DNA of 64,000 bases from NCBI GenBank assembly GCA_965198115.1, contig OZ240241.1, positions 7,168,001-7,232,000 on the forward strand, given 5' to 3'. The DNA comes from Candidatus Latescibacterota bacterium (GTDB taxonomy: Bacteria; Latescibacterota; UBA2968). A model generated the notes under the pieces. It searched no databases, was not told the origin of the DNA, and saw only the letters and a program-made list of their open reading frames with translations. Shown in pieces: positions 42,854 through 52,944 of this stretch. The stretch's first letter is position 1; each line of letters opens with the position of its first letter. The position numbers were made by a program, and so were the translations under genes.

Positions 42854-44019
42854 GTGTCACGTCCCAGGAATAACTAGAAAAATATTCGATTCTGTCGTAT
42901 GGTTCCTCAAGTACTCATTCTTGGGAGGAACCGATGGCTAGAGGTCGTCCGTTACAGCCACTGAACATCAGTGATGAGGTCCACGATCAACTCGAGTCAT
43001 TGTCTCGTTCGCGTAGCATGTCTCACGCTTTGGTGCGTCGCGCGAAGATCGTCTTGATGAGCGATTGCGGTCTGACCAATCAGGAGATCGCGGAACGAGT
43101 CGGGTTGTCCGGAGCGTCTGTCGGCAAGTGGCGTCGTCGCTTCTGCGAGCAAGGCTTGATGGGACTGTATGACGAATTGCGTCCTGGAGGGCCACGGTCG
43201 GTCAGCGACGAAGAGATCTCCTCCCTCATCTACAAGACGCTCAAGAAGCAACCGAAGGGTGCCACCCACTGGACCTGTCGTTCGATGGCCGACGAGACGG
43301 GGCTCTCCAAGTCCTCGGTTCAACGTGTATGGAAAGCTTTTGGCCTGCAACCGCATCGACAGAAGCACTTCAAACTGTCGAACGATCCCTTCTTCGTCGA
43401 GAAAGTCAGGGATATCGTCGGTCTATACCTGAACCCACCGGACAACGCGATGGTGCTCTGTGTAGACGAGAAGAGCCAGATTCAAGCACTCGAACGGACA
43501 CAACCGATTCTTCCTTTGGGTCTCGGATACGTCGAGGGCGTCACTCACAGCTATATCCGGAACGGCACGACCACCCTCTTTGCAGCGCTCAACATCGCAT
43601 CCGGCAAAGTTCTGACTCAGTGCAAGCCCAGACACCGCAACAAAGAGTTCCTTCAGTTCCTCAAGCACATCGACAAGAACGTCCCAAAGGATCTCGACAT
43701 CCATCTGGTCGTCGATAATTACGGCACGCACAAGCACCCGAACGTCAAGCGTTGGCTCGCCTCACGGAAACGATATCACGTGCACTACACACCAACATAT
43801 GCCTCCTGGCTGAACCAGGTAGAGATCTGGTTCGGTATCATCACCCAAAGAGCCATTCGACGAGGCACCTTCAGAAGCGTCAAGGACCTGATCGCCTGCA
43901 TCAAGAAATTCACTGATCACTACAACGAGAATTCTACACCCTTCGTCTGGACCGCCACGGCAGATTCAATCCTCGAGAAAGTCCATAAACTTTTGAAGCT
44001 TATACGCGGGACGTGACAC
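42854..44019 (+). mobile_element. IS630-family insertion sequence, copy 1
   Basis: Terminal IRs GTGTCACGTCCC, flanked by TA within CTAG on both sides. Confidence 0.93.
42934..44016 (+). CDS. IS630-family transposase
   Basis: DDE motifs CVDEKSQIQAL, VVDNYGTHK and SWLNQVEIWF. Confidence 0.95.
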   Translation: MARGRPLQPLNISDEVHDQLESLSRSRSMSHALVRRAKIVLMSDCGLTNQEIAERVGLSGASVGKWRRRFCEQGLMGLYDELRPGGPRSVSDEEISSLIYKTLKKQPKGATHWTCRSMADETGLSKSSVQRVWKAFGLQPHRQKHFKLSNDPFFVEKVRDIVGLYLNPPDNAMVLCVDEKSQIQALERTQPILPLGLGYVEGVTHSYIRNGTTTLFAALNIASGKVLTQCKPRHRNKEFLQFLKHIDKNVPKDLDIHLVVDNYGTHKHPNVKRWLASRKRYHVHYTPTYASWLNQVEIWFGIITQRAIRRGTFRSVKDLIACIKKFTDHYNENSTPFVWTATADSILEKVHKLLKLIRGT

Positions 44020-44067
44020 TAGGTAAGCCCGCGACTAGTCCTAGGCCAGAAAAATCAAGGGTGAAAC

Positions 44068-44754
44068 GTGCACAGCAGCAGCCTAAGAGGCTCGGATTTC
44101 GAGCTTTCGGTCGATGGGGTGGACGTTGCTCACGGCGAGTTTTTCGAGGAGGTTCGGAAGACGACGCGTCTCGGGGTCGTTGCGCCCAACCGATTCGAGG
44201 GGACGGGTGCGGCGCTTCTCATGATGGCCTACGTGACGGCTTTCTACGATCGCTATCGTGCAGAGGGTGATGAGTTTTTCGCCTATCCGGATGTCTTCGT
44301 TTTTCAGGGACGGACGCCACTTGCGAGCTACGGGATGCTCGATGCGTGGCCCGAGCATAAGATGGTGCGTGTGGAGTCCGACGATATCGCCACGGCGGTG
44401 ACGGATCGAGCCATCAATGTGTTGCTGATCCCCGATCGCTGGTGGGCGGACTCTGATGGGCAACACAACAGGGTGGCCCTCGAAAGCGCACGTCGTAACC
44501 TGGCGCGATGTTTCGTTTACAATTCGCTTGGGAGCGCGACCGAGCCCAGCCTGACGATTACCTGTGCACGCGATCCGGTGTCGGAATGGGTGTTGAAAGT
44601 GTTCGAATCTGTCGAGGACAATGAGGCTGCCGAGGCACGGGATGCCTGGTTGGCGGGCATCGACGGTGCGGATACGATCGAACAAAGTTTCCGTGAGATA
44701 TCGATAGAAGAGGCGCTCGACCATCTCGTGCCTCAAAATGGAGGGAAGCGATGA
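44068..44754 (+). CDS. Conserved-looking hypothetical protein
   Basis: 228-aa ORF translationally coupled to the next gene; no function recognised. Confidence 0.65.
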   Translation: MHSSSLRGSDFELSVDGVDVAHGEFFEEVRKTTRLGVVAPNRFEGTGAALLMMAYVTAFYDRYRAEGDEFFAYPDVFVFQGRTPLASYGMLDAWPEHKMVRVESDDIATAVTDRAINVLLIPDRWWADSDGQHNRVALESARRNLARCFVYNSLGSATEPSLTITCARDPVSEWVLKVFESVEDNEAAEARDAWLAGIDGADTIEQSFREISIEEALDHLVPQNGGKR

Positions 44755-46016
44755 TGAAGGTTGGTGTTGCGATTTTGGTGGTGGTGTCGGGCTTGATCGG
44801 GTCGAATGCTCGAGCCGGAGACTGGGGCGAGTGGCGCGGGCCGACCCGCGATGGCATCTCGAAGGAAACCGGGCTCCTGAAGTCGTGGCCCGAGGGTGGT
44901 CCCCGACTGTTGTGGCGGGTCGACCACGTGGGGGGCGGCTACTCCACCCCTTCCGCCGTGGGCGATCGTCTCTACATCATCGGCAACGAGGGAATGGACA
45001 CGGAGTCCGTCCGGGCGCTGAACGTGCTCGACGGATCGGTCGTCTGGTCGACCCGCATCGGGAAGGTCGGTCTGCCGGATCAGAACCCGAACTATCCCGG
45101 TTCGCGATCGACACCGACGGTCGATGGCGAACGAATCTACGCGTTCAGTTCCGATGGCGATCTGGCCTGTATCGAGCGGGCATCTGGTAAGATCCTGTGG
45201 AATCGAAATGTTCAGTCAGCTTTTGGCGGACAGCCCGGACGATGGGCCTACGCGGAGTCTCCGCTGGTCGATGGTGACAATGTGGTGGTCGCGCCCGGCG
45301 GGCCGGAAGCCCCGTTCGTGGCGCTGAACAAGAAGACGGGCGAGACGGTGTGGGTATCGGGGATGAGAACGGGTGAGGAGGCGGCCTACGCATCCGCCGT
45401 GGTCACGCACGCATCCGGCGTGAAGCAATATGTGCATTTTCTCCAGGGTGGTGTTGCGGGTGTGGAAGCGGCTACCGGAAACGTGCTCTGGCGTTACGGG
45501 CGTGTCGCAAAAGGGAGTCCCGCCAATATTCCCACGTCTATCGTACAAGGTGACTACGTATACAGTGCGACCAAACGTGGAGGTGCCGCCTTGCTGAAGA
45601 TCGATCTGGACCGCAAAGGCGCCTTTGAGGAGGTTTACTATGGGCAGAAACTGCCCACGCACTTGGGCGGGTCGGTCCTCGTCAATGGCCATCTATACGG
45701 GACAACGTCGTCTGCACTGCTGTGCACGGTGTTCGAAACTGGCGGGTTGAAGTGGACTGATCGCAGCGTGGGTGCCGCATCGATTGTGTATGCCGATGGC
45801 CGGCTTTATCTCGCGGGAGAGGATGGCGAGGTCGCGCTGGTCGAGGCGACCCCAACAGAGTATCGCGAGCTGGGTCGTTTCACGCCGGTCGATCCGCCTG
45901 ATCGCGGGAAGTCGAAAGTCTGGGCTTACCCGGTTGTCGCGAACGGCCGGCTATACATCCGGGATTTGAATGTGTTGTGGTGCTATGATGTTGGTGAAAG
46001 AGCGAGTTCCGAATAG
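44751..46016 (+). CDS. Secreted PQQ-binding-like beta-propeller protein
   Basis: Signal peptide, DWGEWRGPTRDG, and repeated STP...DG...G-x-x-x-W propeller blades. Confidence 0.88.
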   Translation: MMKVGVAILVVVSGLIGSNARAGDWGEWRGPTRDGISKETGLLKSWPEGGPRLLWRVDHVGGGYSTPSAVGDRLYIIGNEGMDTESVRALNVLDGSVVWSTRIGKVGLPDQNPNYPGSRSTPTVDGERIYAFSSDGDLACIERASGKILWNRNVQSAFGGQPGRWAYAESPLVDGDNVVVAPGGPEAPFVALNKKTGETVWVSGMRTGEEAAYASAVVTHASGVKQYVHFLQGGVAGVEAATGNVLWRYGRVAKGSPANIPTSIVQGDYVYSATKRGGAALLKIDLDRKGAFEEVYYGQKLPTHLGGSVLVNGHLYGTTSSALLCTVFETGGLKWTDRSVGAASIVYADGRLYLAGEDGEVALVEATPTEYRELGRFTPVDPPDRGKSKVWAYPVVANGRLYIRDLNVLWCYDVGERASSE

Positions 46017-46124
46017 CGAGTGATGATCTCCGAATGAAGAGGTTGTCTCGAGGCACCCCTCTTTCCTTCGGCCAAACTGGAGAGAGCGTCCGCTCTTCGT
46101 TTTACTCCCACCAACGCTACGTGC

Positions 46125-46321
46125 TGTCATCCCGAACGGCGACAGGGCCGGCGTTGCTCTCGATGCCGTCGACAACAGATGCCGTGAGGGATCCCTCCTC
46201 AGCAGCAGAGGAGTCGGGAAGACCGAAGTGACGCCGTTGCCCGCGACGTGGGATCCCTCGGCACGTCATCGTGTTCGTCCACCCATTCCGTGTCCCTTGC
46301 CGGGCGTGCCTCGGGATGACA
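46125..46321. repeat. Inverted pair of REP/MITE-like elements
   Basis: TGTCATCCCGA...GAGGGATCCC and GGGATCCCTC...TCGGGATGACA. Confidence 0.55.
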
Positions 46322-46380
46322 GCTCCTCCTGGCTTTTCCAGGCTCAACGGTCGACCCCCCACTTCATCCTTCTTATAATT

Positions 46381-47799
46381 GGCTCTATCCGGGTTTCTCA
46401 ACGGTGAAACTATAGAATGACAAGGTCATAGATCGTTCCCTACGCTTGGTTGTGTGTGTAGGACAATCAAAGCGAAGGGGGTGCGACCTATGACCGGGAG
46501 CAGATTACTATCGAAACTGCTGAGATTCAAGGGGTTCCGTGTTGTCAGCTGGTGGTTTGAGGGGAGAAGCTGTTTCGTCATCGCCGTAAAGCCACATAAG
46601 AATGGTTGTTGTTGTCCGGAGTGCGGCCGTCGAGGTAAAATCGTCCGCACAATGCCCCATCCGCGTCGGTGGCGTGACATTCCGGTGTGCGGGTGGAGGG
46701 TCTGGCTTCTCTACCATCCTCGGGAGATTCGGTGTCCTACCCACGGTCGTGTGGTCGAGGAGATTCCGTGGGCGGAGCGGTTCTCTCGGGTGACGTATCG
46801 CTTCGAGTATGCCATGCTGCGCTACTGCCAGACCATGACGCAGAAGGCGGCGTCCGAGTTGCTGCGCATCTCTGCCTCGACGCTGTCGGATCTCCTTCAC
46901 CGATCCATCACGCGGCTTCGTGAAGGTCATCGTATCCGAGGGCTCAAAACCATCGGGATCGACGAGATCTCCTACGCCAAGCGTCACAGGTACGCCACGC
47001 TCGTTTACGATCTGGACCGCTTCTGCGTGGTGTGGGTTGGCCGCGGCAGGGCGCGTAAAACGATCGATCGGTTCTTCACAGAGGCTCTCAGTCCCTACCA
47101 GAGATCCAAGATCGAGTGGGCCTGCTGCGACATGAGCGAAGCTTACATCGGAGCCATCCAGGAACACTGTCCGAATGCCAAGCTGGTCCTCGATCGCTTT
47201 CACATCGTCAAGGCTCTCAATGCCGCCGTTGACGAGGTCCGTAAGGACCAGTGGCGTAAAGCTGCCCCGGATGAGCGCAAAGCCATGAAGGGCCTCCGAT
47301 GGCTCCTCTACCGGCACTCAGCGACACGCTCCAGAGGGGATACTCGGACACTCAAAGCACTGGAGAAGGCGAACTACCGAATCTATAGAGCCTGGAGACT
47401 CAAGGACGAGTTCGAGCAGTTCTGGGAATACAAAGCGCCCTGGGCTGCCGAACGCTTCCTGAAATGCTGGACGACGTCCGCACTCAGAAGTCGACTTGAA
47501 CCCCTGCGAAAGTTCGTCAGGACCCTGCGACAGCACTTCTTCGGCGTCCTCGCATTCGTGAACACGCGTCTTACCAACGCCATCGCCGAAGGCCTCAACC
47601 GAATCGTCCAAATCGTCAAGAAACCGAGCCAGCGGATTCCGCACACTCGACGCATTACGATATGATCTTCCTTACCGTCGGAGACATAAACATCCCTGAG
47701 CAGATTCCGAAGAGGTTCCGCACACTCTAACCGCGCCCCCATGCCAGGAACCACGGCACCTTCACCCACTTCATCTCGTTGAGAGATCCGGATATAGCC
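46381..47799 (+). mobile_element. ISL3-family insertion sequence
   Basis: IRs GGCTCTATCCGGGTTTCTCAACG and GGCTATATCCGGATCTCTCAACG (rc). No clear 8-bp target duplication. Confidence 0.88.
46490..47730 (+). CDS. ISL3-family transposase (indels near the 3' end, about 47620-47660)
   Basis: Motifs CPECG, IGIDEISY, CCDMS, LDRFHIVK and TNAIAEGLN. Confidence 0.9.
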
Positions 47800-48439
47800 T
47801 CTTCTTTCCCACGGTCCCTCCTTGGGCTCTGAGTTTCGAAGATTGCGAACTGACTAAAAACGCTCGGTCTCATCAATCCCTCAAGACAAAAAGCCCGAAC
47901 GCCAGGAAAGGGTCGTCTTGGGGACCCCAAACCTGAAATCCGGGCGCGGGATAAACCGATCCTCGTTACCCTAAATCACAGACATGTCGATCGACTCCTC
48001 AGAGCCGATGATCTTGATGTTCGTTACTATTCCTCTTTGAGATCGATGGTGCCAAATGACGGAGTTTTGATCAGATCAAGGCATTGAAATCCCTGACTCT
48101 CACAGTGTTGTCCGAATGATCTGCTGTGCGAGGCTTGCCGTTCTGCCTTACTACTCGCAGATCTACTGCACCGTCCTCCGGAGCACTTATCTCTGAAGGT
48201 TGTTACTGAATTCGGGGAGCCCCTTTGCTACGGCGCCGTCTCTAGTCGGCGTCCTTGTATTGTCGGCCCTTCACATCATAAATATACTGATATTCCGATC
48301 ATCTCAAAGCAGCTATCCTCTCACGAGTTCTTCCCTCAGCAGGAGACAAAATAACTTTGCCATCTGCTCCACCTTGCTTTATCCAGTCCTGATGACAGCT
48401 GCATGAATATCATAATTCACTGCACAAACAATTAGTTAC

Positions 48440-48485
48440 GAAGAAATAGGACGACTGGTAACAGCAATCGGAGTGTGGTCAATAA
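48440..48485 (+). repeat. 46-bp direct repeat, copy A
   Basis: GAAGAAATAGGACGACTGGTAACAGCAATCGGAGTGTGGTCAATAA; 45/46 identical to 56999-57044. Confidence 0.9.
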
Positions 48486-48589
48486 ACCCCCAAGATATCT
48501 GGTTTGGACGGGCCGGTGAAAGCGCTCCGCAAAACCCCTAGGGCGCACTGCGGAAGTACCACGTGGGGATGACGGGGACGAGCGCTTAC

Positions 48590-48760
48590 TTTCCGAACCG
48601 TCTTCTTCGGCGGGATCACGATCCTGATGTCGGTAGCTCCCGTTGCGACCAGCGCCTCATACATCGGTCGCGAGTCGTAGGCTCCGTCTGCAGTGAACCG
48701 CGCGATGGTGCCTTCAATTTGCTCCAGTATCGAGATGCCAACGGACGCATCGGTTACGAT
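48590..48760 (-). pseudogene. IS5-family transposase fragment
   Basis: Motif DASVGISILEQIEGTIARFTADGAYDSRPMY...VIPPKK. Confidence 0.7.
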
Positions 48761-48842
48761 TGAGGTGATCGGAATATCAGTATGAGACCGAGCGTTTTTA
48801 GTTAGTTCGCAATCTTCGAAACTCAGAGCCCAAGGAGGGACC

Positions 48843-49721
48843 GTGGGAAAGAAGAGGCGGGCCACGTCGGGTCTGTGTGTGGCCGTTTCGGAGGACGTCA
48901 GAGCGATCCGCCAACTGATCGATCGGGTTGTCCGAACGGGCGAGCTTCCCCTTTCCGGCAACGACTCCCCACGTGTCCGGGAGGCTCTGCAGGAACGGGA
49001 AGACACTTGGCCACGCGGCAGGCGGCGAGAAGAGGTGGGCAGACGTGCCATTGATTGGTGCAGGCGGCTGGTCGTCGCCGAGCTCTTCGCGCGGCCAACC
49101 GGCCTGCCGGCGATCGCGAGGTCTGTGGAGGCGGATAGCGAGGTCGTGCAGGACGACCTGTCGGTGGTTTCGGCGTACCGGACTCTGGCCTTGGGACTTG
49201 GGCAGGCCGACACTGCACTTTCCAGGACCCGGAGACGAATCGAGAGACTGCAGGTAGACGCCTTCCAAAACTTGGCCGAGGCAGGCGGATTGGAGCCACG
49301 GCGGAGAATCAGGAACGAGATAACCGACCGGGAGGTGAAGCTCTGCAAATTGCTGATGAAGTTGGGGTTCCTCGGACCGATCGGGCGCTACCTGCGGGAG
49401 GGGGAGTCCGACGCGGAGCGTGGCGTGAGGGATCCCGCCGGTCCTCCACCAGGTACCGGCAAACCGTATCAAGGACAAGAGTACATCGCAGCGATCAGCC
49501 AGCTGACAGAGGCCGTGGTCTACCCAGATGAACTGCCCGTATACGGCGCCGGCTCCGTGCGCGTCCTGAAGATCCTACAACAGGGCGGGGACAAGTGGAC
49601 CGCTGGAAGGAAGGAGCGAGGGTCGGATGAGCACATGGCCGTATGGGCGAGACGGCTGCTGGTCGCCGCACAGTTGGCCGGGGAGTTGGACCTGCACACA
49701 TCGCGGCGTCTCTGGACGTAG
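48843..49721 (+). CDS. Hypothetical protein
   Basis: 292-aa ORF with AGGAGG RBS before the GTG; no recognisable motif. Confidence 0.55.
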   Translation: MGKKRRATSGLCVAVSEDVRAIRQLIDRVVRTGELPLSGNDSPRVREALQEREDTWPRGRRREEVGRRAIDWCRRLVVAELFARPTGLPAIARSVEADSEVVQDDLSVVSAYRTLALGLGQADTALSRTRRRIERLQVDAFQNLAEAGGLEPRRRIRNEITDREVKLCKLLMKLGFLGPIGRYLREGESDAERGVRDPAGPPPGTGKPYQGQEYIAAISQLTEAVVYPDELPVYGAGSVRVLKILQQGGDKWTAGRKERGSDEHMAVWARRLLVAAQLAGELDLHTSRRLWT

Positions 49722-49905
49722 ACAGATCGGTCGTGTACTACGACATCAGGGCCCTCAACGAGCACGGACTCCCAACGGGAAAGCTATTGGTTTCAATTCG
49801 GACGTTTTGACAAGGCGTGTGAGACTTGGCACGTGGACAAACGCCGACTTCTGAAGGCCCTCACGCGGGAGGCGGCCTTAAGGCACGTCGACGCGTGCCC
49901 TTTCT

Positions 49906-50286
49906 TCAACAAAGAAAGGCCTGCCCGTCTTTCGCGGACTGCACATTAATGAGTTTCGCGATGGAAAAGAGGGAGAGCTTGCCGAGGCCCTTGCGGCCCA
50001 TGACCTTGCGGCCCTTCGCCGTGAACTTGCCATGTTCCGCATCTTCCTCGCGGCGACGGTAGCCGACGCGAAGATATTTCTCGTTCATGTCCTTGACCGT
50101 CATGCCGTCGTCGACGATCTCGATCCTTTTCGAATTCGGATCAATTCTGATCTCGACGTTCTCCGCGTCGGCGTCCCAGGCATTCGCGACGGCCTCCGTC
50201 AGAACCGCGGCGATGTTGCTGTAGAGATTGACGCCGAGGTGGTCGAGGACATTGAGGTCGACCGTCATTCTATAAGTGTTGGTCAT
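49906..50286 (-). pseudogene. GHKL/MORC-type ATPase N-terminus (HgiDII/BbrUII-like restriction protein), 3'-truncated
   Basis: Motifs HLGVNLYS...LTEAVANAWDADA, IVDDG and MGRKGLGKLS. ATG overlaps the stop of the upstream nuclease. Confidence 0.8.
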
Positions 50287-52612
50287 GCGTCCCCTCTCGT
50301 TAGGCCGAACTCGTTCTGTAACATGTCACGAACGAGCTCTGGAGTATTGAAACCGCTCGTCGTCAGAATGTCCGCAATGTCCTTCTCGCAGAAAAAGATG
50401 ATGGGATGGCGGTCTTCCCGAACTTCCTCATAGGCCTGCCTGCCGATCACCGACGTAGTTACGAGAACTCCGAACTGGCGATGGCGAATGCGAGAGATCA
50501 AGCGGGACACTTCCTTTACGCCGACGCTGTTCGAAGTTTGACCGTTCAGAGGAGGCCTATAACACTTCGCTTCTAGTGTCACGTCCCGCGTATAAGCTTC
50601 AAAAGTTTATGGACTTTCTCGAGGATTGAATCTGCCGTGGCGGTCCAGACGAAGGGTGTAGAATTCTCGTTGTAGTGATCAGTGAATTTCTTGATGCAGG
50701 CGATCAGGTCCTTGACGCTTCTGAAGGTGCCTCGTCGAATGGCTCTTTGGGTGATGATACCGAACCAGATCTCTACCTGGTTCAGCCAGGAGGCATATGT
50801 TGGTGTGTAGTGCACGTGATATCGTTTCCGTGAGGCGAGCCAACGCTTGACGTTCGGGTGCTTGTGCGTGCCGTAATTATCGACGACCAGATGGATGTCG
50901 AGATCCTTTGGGACGTTCTTGTCGATGTGCTTGAGGAACTGAAGGAACTCTTTGTTGCGGTGTCTGGGCTTGCACTGAGTCAGAACTTTGCCGGATGCGA
51001 TGTTGAGCGCTGCAAAGAGGGTGGTCGTGCCGTTCCGGATATAGCTGTGAGTGACGCCCTCGACGTATCCGAGACCCAAAGGAAGAATCGGTTGTGTCCG
51101 TTCGAGTGCTTGAATCTGGCTCTTCTCGTCTACACAGAGCACCATCGCGTTGTCCGGTGGGTTCAGGTATAGACCGACGATATCCCTGACTTTCTCGACG
51201 AAGAAGGGATCGTTCGACAGTTTGAAGTGCTTCTGTCGATGCGGTTGCAGGCCAAAAGCTTTCCATACACGTTGAACCGAGGACTTGGAGAGCCCCGTCT
51301 CGTCGGCCATCGAACGACAGGTCCCAGTGGGTGGCACCCTTCGGTTGCTTCTTGAGCGTCTTGTAGATGAGGGAGGAGATCTCTTCGTCGCTGACCGACC
51401 GTGGCCCTCCAGGACGCAATTCGTCATACAGTCCCATCAAGCCTTGCTCGCAGAAGCGACGACGCCACTTGCCGACAGACGCTCCGGACAACCCGACTCG
51501 TTCCGCGATCTCCTGATTGGTCAGACCGCAATCGCTCATCAAGACGATCTTCGCGCGACGCACCAAAGCGTGAGACATGCTACGCGAACGAGACAATGAC
51601 TCGAGTTGATCGTGGACCTCATCACTGATGTTCAGTGGCTGTAACGGACGACCTCTAGCCATCGGTTCCTCCCAAGAATGAGTGCTTGAGGAACCATACG
51701 ACAGAATCGAATGTTTTTCTAGTTATTCCTGGGACGTGACACTAGCGAGAACTCGGCATAAACAGGATCGTCACTTAAGACCGAGCAAATACTTCCCGAT
51801 CGCATCTCGACCACCATCGACGGCAGCGCGTGTGATCTCGTCGATGATGACACGATGATCGTGCATCTGGAACACTCGTGCGGCGAAGGCTTCGAACGCG
51901 CGCGGTGCGTCTTTGAAGTGCTTCCACACCGTTTCCAAAATGGCTATCTTGACCGGCGAGTCAGGAAACTGTCCTGACCACGAACGACGGTCGTGCTCAG
52001 CGGTCAAAGCGCGATAACGTCCCTTACGCACCCATTGCGACCAAGCATGGGGAGCTTTTTTTGAGGTAAGGGAATCGCCATCGGCAAGATCGCGAAGCCA
52101 AGCGCGGTCAAGCACCGGCGCATCAAGCACCGTGAAGGTCGCCTGGTAATTCTGGAACCGTTGACCCTTGGACGTTTTCCAGACGGCAACGAGGTCGGCC
52201 GTCGCAGGCAGACCGCTGAAGCCCGGTGCTGCAAGGCCCTTGAACTGAACAGACCGTGCGCTCGCGGGTGTCGGATACTTTTTGAAGATGAAGAACGGCG
52301 GGATTCGTAATCGATGGGGGGCGTCGAGTGAAGAAGATCAAATACCCGTCTCACCGGTTCCCACCGGGACCGGTGTCGTGAAGCTCGTGGCCAGGAGTCT
52401 TGTTACCACCGTAATAGAGAAATTGGCCCGTGTTGAGATCAAGCCGATCGGGCCAATCTTTGTCCTCACCACTCGTGTAAAGAACGACAAACTTCTTGTC
52501 GTCACCCCGCCCTGCGGCCCGAAAACCACCTAAGTTGCCTGTCCCAGGCAGGAGCTTGGAAAGCGCTCACCGGAAAGTTGGCCACCGGCCGCACCTTCAT
52601 AGACCGCATCTA
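50283..52612 (-). pseudogene. AspBHI/MspJI-like modification-dependent restriction endonuclease, split by IS630 and frameshifted
   Basis: N-terminal VLYTSGEDKDWPDRLDLNTGQFLYYGDNKTPG and Mrr-like catalytic DGGRDAIG...EFSLEAKCY...VKEVSRLISRIRHRQFGVLVTTS. Confidence 0.82.
50576..51742 (-). mobile_element. IS630-family insertion sequence, copy 2 (transposase 51662-50579 with +1 frameshift near 51324)
   Basis: Near-identical to 42854-44019 in inverted orientation, with the same IRs and a TA duplication in CTAG. Confidence 0.93.
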
Positions 52613-52743
52613 TAAGGGAGGATGCGGCTCTCAAACCGCTCCTCCAGACCGCGAACCCGGGGACGCCGGACCTTGATCGTCCCGCAGCTTGTCGAGAGAC
52701 GTCGAGGCTTACCGTAACCGTTTCGGTAACCGCTAGGCCCATC
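52613..52743 (-). pseudogene. IS256 transposase internal fragment
   Basis: Encodes GYRNGYGKPRRLSTSCGTIKVRRPRVRGLEERFESRILP, as in 30130-31380. Confidence 0.85.
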
Positions 52744-52759
52744 TACCTGGAGGCAGGCG

Positions 52760-52944
52760 GGCGCGAAGCAACAGAACTCCACCGTCACTCGTGACGGCGC
52801 CACCGGCAAAATAAGCCTCAACTACCTTGCCCGAAATGCTTGCGAATGGTAACCGGATCTGACTATGTTCTATCACGGTAGTTCCTTCCACAGACCTTGG
52901 ACTAGGCCCGGGCCAACAGACAACTGTGGGCAGAGCGCGAAAAC
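52760..52944 (-). pseudogene. IS1380-family transposase 5' fragment
   Basis: Motif LPFASISGKVVEAYFAGGAVTSDGGVLLLR. Confidence 0.7.

Larger units (their letters stand above)
48284..48783. repeat. 23-bp inverted repeat pair (probable ends of a degenerate IS)
   Basis: ATACTGATATTCCGATCATCTCA (48284-48306) versus TGAGGTGATCGGAATATCAGTAT (48761-48783), one mismatch. Confidence 0.7.

Noticed and set aside
50579-51662. Programmed frameshift in IS630 copy 2
   Set aside because: Copy 1 is a single ORF and copy 2 has one extra base in a short homopolymer, so this is a mutation or sequencing error.
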